From positions 116,996,001-117,060,000 of the forward strand of contig CM059432.1 in NCBI GenBank assembly GCA_030390025.1: 64,000 bases of DNA, given 5' to 3'. The translations under genes and the position numbers were made by a program. The notes beneath the pieces are model-generated. The model was not told the DNA's origin, did no database searches, and was given only the letters and a program-made list of their open reading frames with translations. Shown here piece after piece: positions 61,936-64,000 of the stretch (positions within the stretch are counted from its first letter, which is position 1; every line of letters begins with the position of its first letter). This DNA comes from Squalus acanthias (taxonomy: Eukaryota).

Positions 61936-62099
61936 ACCCCGCAATTCCAAGATTTTGACCCAGGCACAATGAAGCAATGGCAATATATGTCCAAGTAAGG
62001 ATGCTGCCTGTCTTGGATGTTCCCACGACATTGCTGCTCTTGTTCTTCTCAGTGGTAGAGGTACTGTTGAAGTAATCATGGTGAGTTGCTGCAGTGCAT

Positions 62100-62335
62100 C
62101 CTATAGATCTTCACAGTGTACCCAGCTTCTACCCTGCTTTTGTAGCCACAGTGTTAATAAGACCAGTACAGTTGAGCTTCTGGTCAATGGTGACCCCCAA
62201 GATTTTGATGGTGGGGAACTCGGTGTTGATGGTGCTGTCGATAGTCAAGGGGAGATGGCTGGGCTTACTCTTGCTCAAGATGGCCATTACCTGGCACTTA
62301 TGTGGTGCACATGTTACCTGACAGTCAGTATCCTG
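62100..62335 (-). mobile_element. Old LINE RT C-terminal fragment
   Basis: IKILGVTIDQKLN...INTVATKAG motif. Confidence 0.6.
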
Positions 62336-62443
62336 GCCAACATATACCAAAGATAGAGCTCCCTGGATGACTAACGATATAGAGATTAAAATGAAACAGA
62401 AAAAGGAGTCTTATGATAAATGTCAGGCTCATAATACAGTAGA

Positions 62444-63053
62444 CACAACCCTCATCCATGCCTTTGTTACCCCTAGACTTGACTATTCCAATGCACTCCT
62501 GACTGGCCTCTCACATTCCACCCTACATAAACTTCAGGTCATCCAAAACTCGGCTGTCCATGTCCTAACTCGCACCAAGTCCCGTCTGCCCATCGCCCCT
62601 GTGCTCGCTGACCTACATTGGCTCCCGGTTAAGCAGCGCTTTGATTTCAAAATTCTCATCCTTGTTTTCAAATCCCTCCATTGCCTCGCCCCTTCCTATC
62701 TCTGTAATCTTCTTCAGCCCCACAACCCCTCGAGATAGCTGCGCTCCTTTAATTCTGCTCTCTTGAGCATCCCTGATTATAATCGTTGAACCTTTGGTGG
62801 CTGTGCCTTCTGTTGCCTTGGCCCTAAACTCTGGAATTCCCTGCCTAAACCTCTCAGCCTCGCTACCTCTCTTTCCTCCTTTAAGATGCTCCTTAAAACC
62901 TACCTCTTTGACCAAGCTTTTGGTCACCTGCCCTAATTTATCCTTATGTGTATCGGTGTCAATTTTTGTTTTTGTTTTAAAATACTCCTGTACAGCACCT
63001 TGGGATGTTTTAATATGTTAAAGGCACTATATAAATACAAGTTGTTGTTGTTG
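62444..63053 (+). mobile_element. L2 LINE 3' end inserted in a CR1 fragment (62340..63340)
   Basis: LIHAFVTPRLDYSNALL...LHWLPV...APSYL and a (GTT)n tail; candidate TSD GTAGA. The downstream flank encodes CR1 KSPGPD. Confidence 0.88.
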
Positions 63054-63342
63054 TAGAGAACTAAGCTGAATAAGAGGAGGTACATAAAAGGTTGGCAGCG
63101 CTCAAAGTAGAAAAGTCACCTGGTCCAGATGAAATACATCCTAGGTTGTTGAGGGAAGTAAGGCTGGAAATAGCGGAGGCTCTGACCACAATCTTCCAAT
63201 CCTCCTTAGATATGGGAGTGGTGCCAGAGGATTGGAGGATTGCAAATGCTACACCCCTGTTCAAAAAAGGGGAGGGGGATGAAATCGGTAATGACAGGCC
63301 AGTCAGCCTAATGTCAGTGGTGGGGAAACTTTTAGAGACAAT

Positions 63343-63870
63343 GGGGGGAAAATTCGGTTGGTTTGCACCTCCCATTAGCCCCTTAAGAGGGTACTAATGG
63401 GGTGCAAAGCAACTAGTGCCCGGGTGCGGCGATGTTTGCCCCGCTCGTGAAATTGACGACATTTTGCGGCGGCGATAAACACTACTGCCACGATCTCCTG
63501 CGCCCGCAGATCGTGATGTCAGTCGAGCGTGCAACGCCCCGGTAGCGCCCCAGACCGAATATTGAGTGGCGCCCCCTGCCTTACTGCCTGCCGCTAGCAA
63601 TGACAGGTTGAGGGGAGCATTTTGCAGTCGGGAAGGGACTGGGGGAGCGCTATTTAAAGGTGACCGCTTCCTGCCTTTTTTTTTCGGCGACATTTTTGCA
63701 CCACGCATTCTGAGTGAGAGAGAGAGACTTCTGGAGATATTCAACGCTGTGTTGAGGAGTTTTGGGTACTGAGCAGCACTTTGCAGGTTCATTTTGATTT
63801 GATCTTCCTTGCATCAATTTAGAAGAGACTATGGGGGCTGCACTCTGAGCTCTTTCCCTGGGCCTCTCCA
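63343..63870 (+). mobile_element. Harbinger left end, same family as the element at 53
   Basis: GGGGGGAAAATTCGGTTGG; colinear with 53..~580 up to ATGGGGGCTGCAC, after which homology stops. Confidence 0.85.
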
Positions 63871-64000
63871 TTGTTCTTTCCAGCAGAATTGATGTACAGG
63901 TCTCTCCAGGCCGAGATTCAAGGCTGCAATGAGCAAGGTGTGGATGGAGAGCAAGATCAACTCTCCACTTTAAGAACTGGCCAGTGCCAGTGTGTCTGTG

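Overview
This is a vertebrate genomic window made almost entirely of nested transposable elements, with no intact host gene. The Deu-domain (SacSINE1-like) SINEs and dense CR1 copies suggest a shark or other elasmobranch (inference). From the left: (1) a PIF/Harbinger transposon (DDE transposase on +, spliced Myb/SANT partner on -), cut off by a ~31-bp GA-rich satellite; (2) an 8-kb LTR provirus inside that satellite, with 1018-bp LTRs, a tRNA-Arg(ACG) PBS, gag, a TGA-CTAG readthrough junction, a pol lacking RT and the integrase core, and an F-type env with an Ig-like N-terminal domain (lokiretrovirus-like); (3) about 15 kb more satellite with a 4260-bp higher-order repeat; (4) CR1 fragments, a Penelope element with a hammerhead ribozyme, and a near-full-length CR1; (5) an 8.7-kb Tx1/L1 element inserted into the tRNA head of a SINE, itself carrying two Harbinger MITEs and a solo LTR; (6) two hammerhead-bearing foldback elements inserted at the same 11-bp site in two different CR1 copies, in opposite orientations; (7) Myb-only Harbinger derivatives, an L2 3' end and a second Harbinger left end. 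All calls were made by eye; no database searches were run.
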